Positions 1 to 12,710 are shown, counted from the first letter of the whole stretch. The stretch is DNA of 63,718 nt, filler included, from Lenisia limosa (GCA_001655205.1; 12 parts of 12 records of this genome joined end to end with filler, not necessarily neighbours in it); one strand, 5' to 3'. Numbers and translations: made by a program. Notes: generated by a model from the letters alone, not told the origin.

Positions 1-58
1 GTTGATTTGGGCTTTTTTGTTTCAGATTTTCCAATTTTACTCCCCACCCTCCCGACAG

Positions 59-1500
59 GAGTCCTCAAGTTTACCTGGAAGGATTCACTGCACTCCCATT
101 GTCAAGAGCATGTGTGAAGAGGTGGGGGAGCAGGGTATGACTTCCCTTTTCGAAAATAAGACTTAAACTCTCGATAAATCTTCGAAATTATCGATATTGT
201 ACTGCCATTTTGCGAACCGAAGTGAAACCCTTGGTATGAGTATGATTAGGGATTCCCTTCGGTTCCAAAACAATAAATATCGAGATTTCACAGGTTTTTT
301 TCGGACCGTAGGAGCCGTAGTTTAGCGAAGCAGTTATCTCCTTTGCTCACCACATAGATGGGTGACCTTCAGTCTCACAACATGGTGTTCATGCCATATC
401 CCACTCGGGAGTACAAGGGTCTTGGCAATATGGAGACTTTTTGGCTCGAGAGGGTAGATTGGAAGGTTTGTGAACTGAACTGAACTAAACTGAGTTGATT
501 GTTACTAAGGCTTCACTTTAGTTGTCTTTGAGATTCCTTTTTCAAATAATGATCTAAACAAGTAATTTTTGCCTCCCTCCCCCCCAGTCCCACCACTCCC
601 CCGGACAAGCTGAGCTCTATGTTGACGGCGACATTATTGGGAGTGTCAACACCCCTGTTTCAAAGAAGTTCGAATGTGGTGAGAGGAGAGGGTTGGTTAA
701 TCAATTATATCATGAGGGGGGGGGGGNNNNNNNNNNNNNNNNNNNNNNNNNNNNNNNNNNNNNNNNNNNNNNNNNNNNNNNNNNNNNNNNNNNNNNNNNN
801 NNNNNTACAGTGACCGGGATAAGTCTTGACCGATTTCCCCATGCAGCAAATCGGTCAAGACTTATCCCGGTCACTGTTTATATGACACAAAAAAAAAGCC
901 CAAATCACCATTTGCAACACACTAGGGTTGAGAACACCAAAACAATGCCAGTCGCTTCTGAGGGGAAGGGGCTAAAGAAATATTATTGTGTCAAATTGAA
1001 ATGGAAGGCTTTGGCAGCATAGTATGTATTTCCATTGACCCAGTTTTTGCTTTTGTGTTACACTGACAGACCCTCCTTCCCGAGGAAACTCCTCGAATTT
1101 TGATACACCGTTGATTTTGCCGACACCCCTCCGGCATAATGACGGCATATCCAGCCAGTCGATGTCTATGCTGAGTATTACTACGTATGGGGGGGATTGT
1201 ATGTCTAAAAATAGATACGTATCCCCTCCCCACAAAGGGGAGAGAGAGGGGATGTATGCTGGGGAGGCCGATGAAAGCTGTTTGTACAGAGTTGTTAGGC
1301 AAAATGATTGGGTCAATTAGAAACATACCATAATATATCTCTTATAAGCGTGATGATGTGGACGGCTTCGGTCAGATATAACCTTTCTCAGTGCTTACAT
1401 GTATGGGGGTGGTATTTCGTTTAAAGCCGGGTTTATTCTGGGAAAGTTGCTTAGGATTACGGATATCTGGTTCAAACTCGAAGAAGGTGCTCTTAGTCGT
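59..1500 (+). CDS. Class III adenylate/guanylate cyclase, C-terminal part of catalytic domain plus tail; 5' partial, multi-exon
   Basis: Exon 59-121 ESSSLPGRIHCTPIVKSMCEE and exon 373-453 SHNMVFMPYPTREYKGLGNMETFWLER join in phase 0. They match the cyclase motifs ES.S.PGRIH and (V/Y)KG.G.M.T(Y/F)WL. Further plausible exons at ~589-683, ~1069-1185, ~1455-1500 and possibly to ~3100. Confidence 0.75.
808..876. mobile_element. MITE family B (Tc1/mariner-like foldback), type copy
   Basis: Perfect 29-bp arms CAGTGACCGGGATAAGTCTTGACCGATTT with an 11-nt loop, preceded by TA. Other copies at ~3416-3492, 3819-3858, 4959-4996, 6923-6973, 10418-10487, 20333-20410, 22538-22590, 24084-24134, 51602-51676, 58020-58065, 58126-58200. 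Confidence 0.85.
1275..1390 (+). repeat. Dispersed repeat family C (unclassified, ~150-250 bp)
   Basis: Core CTCTTATAAGCGTGATGGTGTGGACGGCTTCGGCCAGATA, often followed by TTTTATTTCTCATCTC. Copies at ~3895(-), 5828, 6230, 7110, 10078, 12815, 22280, 26735(-), 29575(-), 35460, 54620(-), 58080. Confidence 0.8.
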
Positions 1501-1711
1501 GGTGTCACCCATCCCATCCCCCCCCCCCCNNNNNNNNNNNNNNNNNNNNNNNNNNNNNNNNNNNNNNNNNNNNNNNNNNNNNNNNNNNNNNNNNNNNNNN
1601 NNNNNAGAAGGGACTTGCCTGTCCCCCCGGGGGCCCCCTCTCGATAATACTTAACCCCCGTCCTGTTTATTTTTTGCTGATTGTTTGGAGATTCAGATTA
1701 TTTGGTTCGTG

Positions 1712-1772
1712 ATTAGTCCCTTTACGCCAATATTCTTCATCGAAATTTCCTTCGTTTTACCCCCCCTCCCCG
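1712..1772 (+). repeat. Dispersed intron-end repeat family F (~60 bp)
   Basis: TAGTCCCTTTACGCCAATATTCTTCATCGAAATTTCCTTCGTTTTACCCCC. Copies at ~9235-9350 (twice), 17636-17695(-), 40740-40800(-). Confidence 0.75.
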
Positions 1773-2289
1773 GTTGTTTTTACCATAGCATACCTATTTT
1801 GACGTATTAGGGACAAGGCTCCAAGTCCTCCCTCTCACACGGCCGCGGACTTTGTGACCGAGTAACCGGCTCAGTCGGAGCCAATTTGGGTTTTATGGTT
1901 ATTTTGTTTTCTTTTATGTCATTTCTGCATGTTTATCAAATTCTGTTCATTCTTATGTCAAAAAAAATATATAATTTTTACGTTTTCAGGCTGCTGTTCA
2001 AATCAAATTGTGACACTTTTTCTATGGGCTTCCTTTATGGTCCGAAAAAGACCAGTCAAATTGAGATATTTAGAATTTTTTTGGGAGGGAAAGCACCTAA
2101 TAGTATAGAAAGATTCAGCATGTGAAATGTAGTTCCAAAAACTGACACTGTCAAATGATGAGAAACGCGTAAGCGTAACGTAACTTGAGTTCAGATTGAT
2201 AATAAAATTGATTATTATTGCTAAAGTAAATTTAACGTCAATAGAAAGTATATCGATATGTTCGGATATCCGTGACTTCAAACTGCCTA

Positions 2290-2420
2290 AACTTGGGATT
2301 CCTGTTATTATTGGGAATCTCATAAATTTCATCGAATTTCCATAAACACCATTGAATTCCCATGAAATATGGGAATTTCATGAAAATTATGGGAAGTTGA
2401 AGACCTTTATGGGATACCCA
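2290..2420 (+). repeat. Dispersed repeat, two copies (also ~61825-61945)
   Basis: Shared TTGGGATTCC..GAAT.CATAAATTTC..C.AATTTC.ATAAA..ATATGGGAATT blocks. Confidence 0.5.
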
Positions 2421-2918
2421 AAGGGGAATCCCTAATCGATGCACCGTCCTCCCCTAAGTTTGTGTTGTCACCCAATGAATCCGATTTTCGTCATGAATCC
2501 CCCAGTATCAACTTAATTGGCCTCCTTTTTTTTGACACCTTGTCTTGAGGCAAAGTCGTCAACTCCCTCCGGCCAAGCAGTAATATCATTAAGATCTTAA
2601 GATCACCGTTATATGCATTGAACGCTCTTAAGGTCTGAAACATGCACGACATGCTGCACTGTCTCCAAGTCTAACAACATGTCTAAAACATCAAGAGAAG
2701 GGCATGTGAGTGTTCTTAAAAGAGCGTGATGACAGCCCCAAAACATATGCAAATTCTGAGAGACGCAAATAAAGAGAGATATAAAATAATGACAGCAATA
2801 CACCTTTGCTCCCAAACCCCCCTCCCTCCATAATACATATTTCTTCGTTTATGAATGTACCCCCATTATACATTTATCTTCGCTTATAGATGCACGGTTT
2901 AAGCTTCAACTGAACGGG

Positions 2919-3018
2919 NNNNNNNNNNNNNNNNNNNNNNNNNNNNNNNNNNNNNNNNNNNNTTAATTAATTAANNNNNNNNNNNNNNNNNNNNNNNNNN
3001 NNNNNNNNNNNNNNNNNN
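2919..3018. other. Assembly spacer: ~44 N + TTAATTAATTAA + ~44 N (11 occurrences)
   Basis: Same 100-nt block at ~2919, 10972, 12988, 14943, 19037, 21993, 32345, 35851, 38457, 57710 and 61965; the 12-mer has stop codons in all six frames. Confidence 0.95.
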
Positions 3019-3559
3019 TAATTTGTATTTTTGTCTTGATAACAAAAAAATCCTTCAATAAAACCTTACCATTTTTGACAGGAGTTGTCCGGCTCGGGTG
3101 TCTGTGCACCTTCCTAATCGGGTTATTAACCGGAGCTCGTAATAAATTTGATTGTTTTTGAAGAAATTATTTAATAAATTTGATTGTTTGATTTTGTTTG
3201 AATGGAATTTTAGTTATAATATGATATGTCTCACCTCAAAATTCATTAACTAATGTCATGGAGTGTCTATTTCAGAGGAAATGCTCCTTTTGAGAATATG
3301 TGTTTACTCAGATAATGAGATAGTATAATACCATGTAGAGATGAGAAAAAAACAGATTTTATCATTTTATACAGATTACAGTCAGCTGAATATAACATAA
3401 AGAGTCCTATAAATATAGTGACCGGATAAGCCTTGACCAATTGTACTAGGGAAATCACATAGAAAATCGGTCATAACTTAACCCTGTCACTGTATACAAT
3501 TTTGAGAGTAATACAGTGCATTAACTAAAATCTGGAAGTCGATTTACATACTCTTTTAA

Positions 3560-4950
3560 AATGCGATTGACACTTTTGAACCAAGCTATCACGAAGGTCA
3601 AAGTATAACACTAATTCTCATTCCTCAAATGTAAACTGCCATTGTCCACGCAACATGATGATTTTCGTGGATATGGTCATACATCAAGGGGTATCATACT
3701 TTTGCCCATCACAAATGAGCACTTGTCAATGCTGCTCCCCTCACAGTTTCCAGGAAAGGGTTGTATCCCTTGAGCTTGGGCGGGGGATGTACCTTGACTT
3801 GTAAGGCTAATTAATACACTGACCGGAATAATTCTTCAAGACTTATTCCGGTTACTGTTTATGGAGAAGAGAAATAAAAAATAGGCATATACATAGTACC
3901 TGGCCGAAGCTGTCCACACCCTCACGTTGATAATATATCATATAATACTGGATGATAGTTTATGACAGCAAGAGAATATCAAACCAATGAAGGGTTTTGA
4001 ACTGTTAATATTTGGTATTGAAAGGTTCTCCCTCCAATATATGGAGCCCGCTCGAGAACTGAGACTCCAGTAAGATGAAAAGAATAAAAGAACAAAAGAA
4101 GACAGAAGATATCCATAGCTGGCAGAGGATGTCTTACGTGCCCCTTTGTTTCATGAAATATCCATCATTCATTATTAATTGTAAGTTCCTTCTTTGGACT
4201 GCCTTTTCCGTTGATCTGTTTCCCCCTTCCCAAGATCAACGGAAAAGGCAGTCCAAAGAAGGAAGCTGATCATATTAGGGCATTTAGATAATATTTGTCT
4301 CAATGATGATATATTTATATAAGATGAGAGCAGAGGAGTATATTTATATAAGATGAGAGCAGAGGGTATATTGCAACTAGTATCCAGCAAACAGTGCCTC
4401 CATTAGAATCTCTTCCTGTGTAGTCGAAGGACGACGTCTTGTTTCCCATTGTGTAGAGCTCTGGTGTTTTGTGTTGTATTCCTCTATTGTGCACTGATTA
4501 AGCACTTTGCAATTTTCATTCAAAATGTCGCTCTGACAAAATACCTGGGAGACCACCTGTCCAAATCTTGCGTATCTGCTGTTTTTTGAATTTCCTTTGG
4601 CCTTTTGCCTGCTTCTGCTCTTTTATACTTCACAACTAAAAGAGGATTCGTAAAAAAGACGACCCTTTCCTATTTGGAGGCTTTTGGCTAGAAGGAGCAT
4701 CAAGAAGAACGTTTGCAGGTTCAACACCCAACTCTCGATCTTATCAAAGGGAATTGTCTCTGTATGTCTCTTGTGCTATCACCCATTACTGTTGAATTAA
4801 TTTATAGCATAAGAAATGAAATGTAATAAAACAGAACGAAACACAGCAACTTCCTCATATTCTTAGTTTTGTTATGCGTTTTATTGGCTCAGGATCAGTG
4901 GGGAGAACATAAGGGAGAAGGGGTATCTGCAAGCGGACCATATCACAAAA
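3560..4950 (+). CDS. Unidentified multi-exon coding segments upstream of PGAP1 (separate gene or N-terminal extension)
   Basis: Short AG..GT-bounded open segments (QENIKPMKGFELLIF, LAEDVLRAPLFHE, FNTQLSILSKGIVS, DQWGEHKGEG); no family recognised. Confidence 0.3.
4186..4264. other. Single-copy perfect 32-bp hairpin with a 15-nt loop
   Basis: 4186-4217 TTCCTTCTTTGGACTGCCTTTTCCGTTGATCT is the exact reverse complement of 4233-4264. Confidence 0.9.
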
Positions 4951-5082
4951 TACATATACAGTGACCATGATAAGTCTTGACCGATTTTCTTTGGGAAATC
5001 CCAAATGTTACTGCTCTTTTTGTTATATTTATATGTGGGTACCACCCTGTTTTATTTCTCATCTCTTTTGATATTGGTAGAA

Positions 5083-8000
5083 ATGACATCGATGAAGCAG
5101 CTTTTCGGCTGGTTTCTCAAACTCCTTCCCATCATCTTTCTGGTCTACTTTGCGCCGTCCGTCCTTGATACCGATGAGGAGAACCGTTGTGAAATGACGT
5201 GGATGTTTCCCAATTACCAGGTGAGGGAGTNNNNNNNNNNNNNNNNNNNNNNNNNNNNNNNNNNNNNNNNNNNNNNNNNNNNNNNNNNNNNNNNNNNNNN
5301 NNNNNNNNNNNNNNNNNNNNNNNNNNNNNNNNNNNNNNNNNNNNNNNNNNNNNNNNNNNNNNNNNNNNNNNNNNNNNNNNNNNNNNNNNNNNNNNNNNNN
5401 NNNGAGCTGTAAAATATCGATTCTTTTCGAGGATTTATCGAGACATTCAGTCTTTTTTGGAACCGAAGTGAAGCCCAAGGCAGAATGTAAAAATGAGACT
5501 TACCCATACGAGTATCTGGCCGAAATCGATATCGGATCATAGTATAATAGAAACAACACCAATCATTTATCTTACAACTCTGTGCCGACTTCACGGTCCA
5601 GACATTAGAAGGAGAATCGACAGCGGCATCACTGCATCGCCGTTACAAGCTGCTTCGCTACACTGACGGCAAAAAGCCCGCTCCGCTGCGGCCGCCAAGG
5701 GTATGATGACTCGGTTTAACTGCTTTTAATTAATCTGGGGATGCCACGATGCGACAACCAAGATTATCAGATCTATCATGTAGTATATTCGCTTTTTTGA
5801 GCCTCTTGTTTTGGGCTTTAACGACGTAATGGTGTGGACGGCTTCGTCCAAATACTGCCTTGTTTTATTTCTCTTGTCTACATACTAAACCTAGCAATAT
5901 CCTACTTTTCTTTGGTCCCTATTTCTCGATGAACCCTCGATAATTATTGATATTTTCACTGTTGTTTTCGAGCCCTGAGAAAGTCTTTTTTTTTTTTTTG
6001 TATAAAAAAAATGGGAATTTTATTAAAAATTAGAGGGGAAATCGTTAACAGTACAGTTAATCAAAGAATTCATCGTCACTTTCTGATTTTCTCACAACTA
6101 AAAGACCAGTAAAATATCGGGAAATTCAGTCTTTTTTTGGGAAGCCCTACTCTTGATATTAGATTGATGAAATTTCAAGTCATTTGGTGATATAATCTGT
6201 TTTTTTTTATCTCTACATGGTATTATAATAATCCAATATCTCTAAGCGTGATGATGTTGACGCCTTCGGCCAGATATAACCCTATTTTTCATTGCAATAT
6301 CAGATGATATAATCTGTTTTATTTCTCATCTCCACATGTTATAATACTTTCTCGTTATGTTGCTGTGAATTGTATTTGGCTACTGAGATTTGATATGATA
6401 TCGACTTATTCTCAAAAGGGCCTGCCAGTGCTCTTCATCCCCGGTCATATGGGCAGCAGCGGTCAGGCTCGGAGTCTTGGTCATGTCTTTGCAACTGAGA
6501 ATTTCGATGTGGGAAGAGCTAATGACATGACTCATTGCTTTTGACAAAAATAAATTTCATGAAGTACAGCAAACTATATGATATAACATATATTATGTAT
6601 CCTCTTTGTTCTGGCTTTATTTCATAGCTTTTTAAAAACATCGATGTTTATGGTTTTGCCTTTATTTCACCATTTAGACAAAGGTGGACATGTTCACAGT
6701 TGATTTTGATGAAGATATGACCGCCTTATCTGGTACCCTAATTAAGGTGGGCCATATGTATATTAGATACTTTTATAAAATTATTTTCTTTTATACTATA
6801 TGAAAACTGTAGCATGCGTTTTTAAATCCATATTTGTGGCATAATTAAATGTAGTCAGCTAGTTTGATCAAAAATTATTGATACCAAAGTCATATTTTTG
6901 ACCCCATATTCCGATAATTTTACAGTGACCAGGGTAAGTCTTGATCGATTTGCTCTTTGATTTCTCAAGGAAAATGACACCTCAATTGACTACCTAGAAC
7001 CAAATCGACTATGTATCACGCCAAATCCCATGGATTCTAAGCCAATACACTGCCATGAATGTTTGTGGCGGTGGCGCTCCGGGGGGAGGGTAAATGTGCG
7101 ACAGGCTTAATGATATGGAATGCTTCGGCCAGATACTCTGTTATTGTTAATTTAAATATTCCTTGTAACTTGGGCTTCACTTTGGTTCGGAAAATACCGG
7201 CGAAATATCGATAGTTTTCGAGGATTTATCGAAAAATTCAGTCTTTTTTCGAACCGAAGTGAAGCCCTAAATGATATCTTGTAACGAAGATGATTTGAGG
7301 GGCTTGGTAATGATTTGTCAAGAACCCAGTTTAGAGCCCTACCGTGAGTTCTCACGAAATAGAAGGACGACCGTCCCACTTCCGTTGTCCTTGTTGGTCA
7401 CAGTATGGGCGGTGTTGTGGCACGTGCAGTTGTTGGCAATGACGGCATCGGTGATAAGGTGGGATGGTGGGACGTAGTGTGGGGTTTGTATTGATTTAGT
7501 AATGATAAGGTGGAGTGGTGTTGTGATAAGTTGGAATGCCCCCAATTCCTAAAGCAGTCTTAACACCTACATATCATTCCTAACCCCCCCCCCTCCCCAG
7601 GTCATGGCGATAATGACGTTGTCCACGCCGCACACAGCCGTTGCCCGTCTGGACCCGGTACTGGAAGAGGTGTATCAGGACGTGGAGTTTATTTGGGCCG
7701 AAAACGACATGGTGAGGAGGGGGGGGGGNNNNNNNNNNNNNNNNNNNNNNNNNNNNNNNNNNNNNNNNNNNNNNNNNNNNNNNNNNNNNNNCTGAAACAA
7801 AGTTGGTTGAGAAAGGAGGAGGGTTGAAATTTAAAGATAAATAAACAACACACAACAAAAAAAAAGCCCAGTCATGTCGCTTCTGCAACTCTTCAGCCCC
7901 TCAGATGTTGCTGCAAAACTAGAGATAAAATTCTATATTCTATATCCAAAGAGTTACGCAACAATAAAGGGCTACTTAAAATGGGGCTCGCAGGGGTGGC

Positions 8001-9213
8001 TCGAGAAGATGACACAATTGTGTAATCGGGTTGCATGCTAGGCCTCGCTCTCTCCACAGTCTTCTAAAAGATAGCATTTCTCGATTAATCCACGGACCAG
8101 AGGGAGGCCTGACAAAATATTACGATTTGTTAAAACTATGATTCTTTCTAACTTAAGTAGAATGACATGCGTTCGAATGATGTAATCCAACTCAGTGAGT
8201 GTTTACATATTACATATTATGGGGTTCATATGTATTAGTTTTATTTACTAACGTTTGGTGGAGGTGGGGGGATCATATTTCGACTTCGATCTCGTTGTAA
8301 GTATAATATATGATACCATATCTATAGTAAATAAAAAAATCAAGAAACATACATATGATATCTATGTCGCCTTACCTCTTTCGAAATGTATATCAACCTG
8401 AAGAAATATGTGCCTTACCGCTTTAGAAAAAACGATTCCGCTCTTCTCTATAGCAGGCGGATGGATTGATGGCAATGTCCCCCCCAGGTTTGCTGAATGG
8501 GAGGTTACTCCAACAAATAAAGCCCAAACAAGCACCACAGTCCACTACTCCAACAAATAAAGCCCAAACCAGCACAACCCATGGGCTGTGGTGCTTGTTT
8601 GGGCTTTGTAACAGTGCTTTTTTTTTGAGCAAGAAACTGCATTTAAAATAAATATATTTATCGAGACATTCTTTTTTCGAACCGAAGTGAAGCCTTTTTA
8701 TCACCACAAACCAATTATTAATTTTATGAATAAATTAATTGGCAAAAATTGAAATAAAAGTGGCTGAAATGGGGTTCCCATGACAATAGGTCTCAATTCA
8801 AATTTTGCAATTATTTTTTCAATTAATTGCACGCCCTAATTTTACTCCAGGCTCTGCAAAGTCCCAAAGTCGAGGCTACCCGGCCCGAAAGCCATTTCTA
8901 TCATGTCCACTTCGATACCCTCCGCTGGTGTAAATGGTTTGGCCGAAATTGTGGTGCGTTTTAGTTATTTAATTATTTATTTTGATTCTGGGTTATTTCG
9001 TTTTCCTTTATCTGTTTTCTTCTTTCTCCGTTCGCTCTTTTATTTATATCTCGTTCTTCTTTATTTCTCTCTTGCGTTCTTCGTTGCCTCATCTTCGCCC
9101 AGCTGATCATCGCTGTATATTGTGGTGCAACCAGATTGTCAAGGCCGTTGCCGTTTCCATCACTAACGCTATTGTTCCGAAAGTCGCTAAAGGTTCGAAT
9201 GTCCCCTTTGAGT
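5083..9213 (+). CDS. PGAP1: GPI inositol-deacylase (PGAP1/Bst1), alpha/beta-hydrolase; multi-exon, probably continues past 9700
   Basis: Exon peptides in the expected order: TM then DEENRCEMTWMFPNYQ; PVLFIPGHMGSSGQARSLG (~6425); DMFTVDFDEDMTALS (~6690); NQIDYVSRQIPWILSQY; catalytic VVLVGHSMGGVVARAVV (~7390); IMTLSTPH (~7610); IAGGWID (~8450); DHRCILWCNQIV (~9105). Confidence 0.9.
7172..7267. mobile_element. MITE family A (~96 bp), type copy
   Basis: TIR GGGCTTCACTTCGGTTCGAAAAA / TTTTTCGAACCGAAGTGAAGCCC with an internal ATCGAT..GAGGATTTATCGAG core. Further full or partial copies at ~157-229, 250-315, 2026-2098, 5404-5476, 6095-6147, 8655-8695, 10210-10305, 20570-20612, 20710-20936, 21053-21105, 33142-33237, 35770-35840, 41400-41482, 47560-47649, 57387-57484, 61679-61773, 62218-62310. 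Confidence 0.85.
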
Positions 9214-9764
9214 AAAGGCACATGCATGACAGCCCCCATCGAAATTTACTTCGTTTTACGAGCCTTTCTCAAGAGTCTTTATTAAAATTTCCTTCATTAT
9301 ACGCCAGTATTCTTCATCGAAATTTCCTTTGTTTTACTCCCCCTTCCACCCCTCAAGCGACTGGTCTGGGCTTTGTTTGTTTTGTTGTTATTCACCCTTG
9401 TGTAAGCCAACAGAGTTGATTTTGGCTTTATTTTTGTTTCATAAATTCCTTTGTTTTAGGAGCCTTTCTCAATATTCTTTATCTAAATGTTTTCCTTCGT
9501 TTAATGTTTGTTTTGTTATCAAAACTTGTGTGTTGTCAGCCAACAGAGTTGGTTTGGGCTTTTTTTTTTGTTTCATAAATTATCCTTCGTTCACCCCCCC
9601 CCCCCNNNNNNNNNNNNNNNNNNNNNNNNNNNNNNNNNNNNNNNNNNNNNNNNNNNNNNNNNNNNNNNNNNNNNNNNNNNNNNNNNNNNNNNNNNNNNNN
9701 NNNNNNNATGAGTGGCCCATTGATTCAGCGCTCCTTCGGCCTCCTGTCGGCGGCTTAGAGTGCT

Positions 9765-9920
9765 TGCAATTATTCTCATCTGTGCATTGTACATGCTTTC
9801 AATTATTCTCATCTGAGTATAGTACATGCTTTTATTTATTCTAATCTGAGTGTAGTACATGCTTTTAATTTTTCTCATCTTAGCATAGTAACTGCTTTTA
9901 ATTATTCTCATTTTGTGCAT
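9765..9920. repeat. Degenerate ~33-bp minisatellite, about 5 units
   Basis: Unit approximately TTCAATTATTCTCATCTGAGTATAGTACATGCT. Confidence 0.8.
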
Positions 9921-10209
9921 AGGATATCGAACTTGGAGAGAGTATAATTGTATTATGATATCATATCCATTACTCCTGGTGTCCGCTTTTGATTGCTTTT
10001 TTGTTATAATATATGATATATGATATATGATATAGTATTATTATATTAGGATCGTTTTATTCATAATTACAATAGTACAATTCTCTTGTAAGCGTGAAGG
10101 TTTGGACGGCCTCAACCAGATACAAACTTTTTTTATACCTCTCTTAAGTATAATGATATCATAATCTGGGGACGTTGTAATTTGGGATTTCGCGAGTGGG
10201 TGTCAAGAA

Positions 10210-10305
10210 AGGCTTCACTTCGGCTCGAAAAAGACCTGTAAAACATCGATAGTTTTTGAGGATTTATCGAGAAATTCCGCCTGTTTTCGAACCGAAGTGA
10301 AGCCC
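10210..10305. mobile_element. MITE family A full copy
   Basis: Both TIRs present. Confidence 0.8.
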
Positions 10306-10811
10306 AAGTGTCAAGGGAGTGAACTAACCGCCAAAATGGTGAAGACTTGACTCACATTTCAGGTCCGGCCTTGTGGAATGTGATGTTGAAGTAGGGGGGG
10401 GGGTAAATTGAGCCTTACACAGGGTATTTGACCGATTTGCTATTTGATTTCCCAAGGAAAATAGGACAAGACTTATCTCGGTCACTATATGATATAGGGG
10501 GGTTTAGAAGAACAATTTAACATGACATGGAAATACGTTTGATGGTGGGGTGAGGGGTGAAGCAACCTAATTAATGTGGAGTAAATGAAGACCTTAGTCC
10601 CCCAAGCTTGGGTAAACAGTTCGTAAGGCCTGAAAATTCTAGCTCAATTCATGTATATTCAGTTTAAATCAAAAATTATGTACTAAATCTAGTACATTTT
10701 ACGACTTTAGGCTGTTGACACACTGGTGTTGGAAAAAGGCCAGGTTAGGCCCGATACTACTTATTGCATTAGTCCCAGCAAGTAGGCGAAGGGGTTCTTT
10801 TTTTGCAGTCT

Positions 10812-10971
10812 AGTCTCTATTGAAACTGGGATCATAAAGACAAAGTCTCTATTGAAACTTGGATCATAAAGACAAAGTTTCTATTGAAACTACGATCAGA
10901 AAGACAAAGTCTCTATTGAAACTAGGATCATAAAGAATAAATTTTCTATTGAAACTAGGATCATAAAGAAT
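10812..10971. repeat. 32-33-bp minisatellite, at least 5 units, running into a gap
   Basis: Unit AGTCTCTATTGAAACT(G/A/T)GGATCATAAAGACAA. Confidence 0.85.
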
Positions 10972-11091
10972 NNNNNNNNNNNNNNNNNNNNNNNNNNNNN
11001 NNNNNNNNNNNNNNNTTAATTAATTAANNNNNNNNNNNNNNNNNNNNNNNNNNNNNNNNNNNNNNNNNNNNAGAGAAATAAAATAATCCAT

Positions 11092-11612
11092 CTCTTAACT
11101 TTCATACAAGACACAAAACATGTTTCAAAATAAATGTTTTGAACTAACAACACGTTATCAGTTGCAAAACCTCAATAACCAGTGGAATAAAATAGTCTTA
11201 AATGCAGCAGTGTGTTTAATGATAGTTTTATTTCAGGTAAGAGGGATGTAAACAATGATAGCAACAACAGATTACATAATCGCACAATTGTAATATCGTA
11301 AATATGTTAAGAGACTATTTCAGTTCAATCTGAGATTTAACAAAAAATATGAATAACAATTCCTCTTTTGAAATATTTTTGAGCCCACCCTCCTCATCCC
11401 AGGTTATTCTCCTAAACTAGGCTCTATATATGTTTCTTCAATCAATACACAATAGGGCTCCATGAAGGGTAGGTGTTATGGGTTTTAACCCTATACACAA
11501 TCGTCCAACATGGTTGTCCTCTCTTAACTTTCATACAAGACACAAAACATGTTTCAAAATAAATGTTTTTGAACTAACAACACGTTATCAGTTGCAAAAC
11601 CTCAATAACCAG
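11092..11612. repeat. ~93-bp near-exact direct repeat (11092-11184 and 11520-11612)
   Basis: TCTCTTAACTTTCATACAAGAC...CAATAACCAGTG twice, one T indel. Confidence 0.85.
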
Positions 11613-11689
11613 TGATAAAATAATAATAATAAAAAAAATAATAAAAAAAACCTCAAAACAATAAAAAAATCGCCAACAAACCCTTCCCA

Positions 11690-12553
11690 TCAGGTCATGC
11701 TCGTGGTACAGTACAGGAGACATGGTCGAGAGGGGGGACGGCGAGGGTTTAGAGAGGTCGTCTTCTGGCAAGCCAGAGGGAGTGGATGATGCTGCTGGAG
11801 GGGGAGGGTAGGTCCATTGGGAGGTCACTGTGGGAGTGAAAATGGAAATTGATGAAACAGAGAGATAAGCTCCTGTTGGTGACAACAAGAAAACATCAAG
11901 TAATTATGAAATAAATATGTGGGGGGTAAAAAGGTGAGAAGAAGAAGTCTCTCGACCCACACATGTCTCTCAAAAGAAGGTGGAACTAATTATGGAACAC
12001 CAGACAATCTCAGACTATTATAGTTCCCAAAGACACAGCACTTTCAAAGCATACCCGGAGGGGAGGGGATAGGCTTGTCTTGTCCGGGACTCATGACAGA
12101 CTCTTCGACAGCCGTCGGATCAGGCTTGGTGACAGAAAAGGAAGTTCCGATTTGGGTAAGTGGGGAACCGTCCCTTTGAAGAACTAGGGAAGTTTCCTTT
12201 TTGGGAGAAGGATCTCGTCGTTTTGGTTGAGGGGACGGGTTTCCTTTTTCAAGAGGGGAGCGGGAAGGAATAGTTTGAAGTGGACTTTGACCTTCCTTAT
12301 TTGAAAGGGGAGAGGTTTCCTTATTTGGAAGGCTGATATGCGTTTTGGGCTGTAAAGGGCTCCGAGCCGCTGGGAGTGGTTTTGGACTACTTCGCACTTG
12401 AGCTGACTCTGTCCCTCGTGCTACGGGCGGAGAAGAGGTGGACGGTGTAACGGTGAGTGTTGATGGGGAGACTTGCTTGGGGGCGTTGGGAGACGGCTTG
12501 GCTGCAGATGAAGAGGATTTGGATGCTTGGCTTTTCTGTTGTGCTGCGGCCTG
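11690..12553 (-). CDS. Ser/Pro-rich low-complexity coding exons of an unidentified gene (3' part)
   Basis: ~500-nt open exon 12053-12553 (AAAQQKSQASKSSSS...KPIPSPP, then GT) and a second exon ~11695-11826 with a C-rich acceptor; GC-richer than the flanks. Confidence 0.55.
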
Positions 12554-12594
12554 GATAGTCAGCAAAGTGAACAACTTTGGCAAATTAAACAAAT

Positions 12595-12710
12595 ACAGCA
12601 AAATGAGCAAATGTATAGCAAATCGAGCAAATGTATGTAACAAATCGAGCAAATGTATGTAACAAATCGAGCAAATGTATGTAACAATGCAAATGTAACA
12701 AATGCAAATG
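12595..12710. repeat. 22-bp tandem repeat, about 3 units plus decayed flanks
   Basis: AAATCGAGCAAATGTATGTAAC. Confidence 0.75.

Noticed and set aside
10812-10971. Possible CRISPR array: repeats contain ATTGAAAC, a common CRISPR repeat end, with a 32-bp period
   Set aside because: Units are contiguous with no unique spacers, no cas genes are nearby and the context is eukaryotic; it is a minisatellite.
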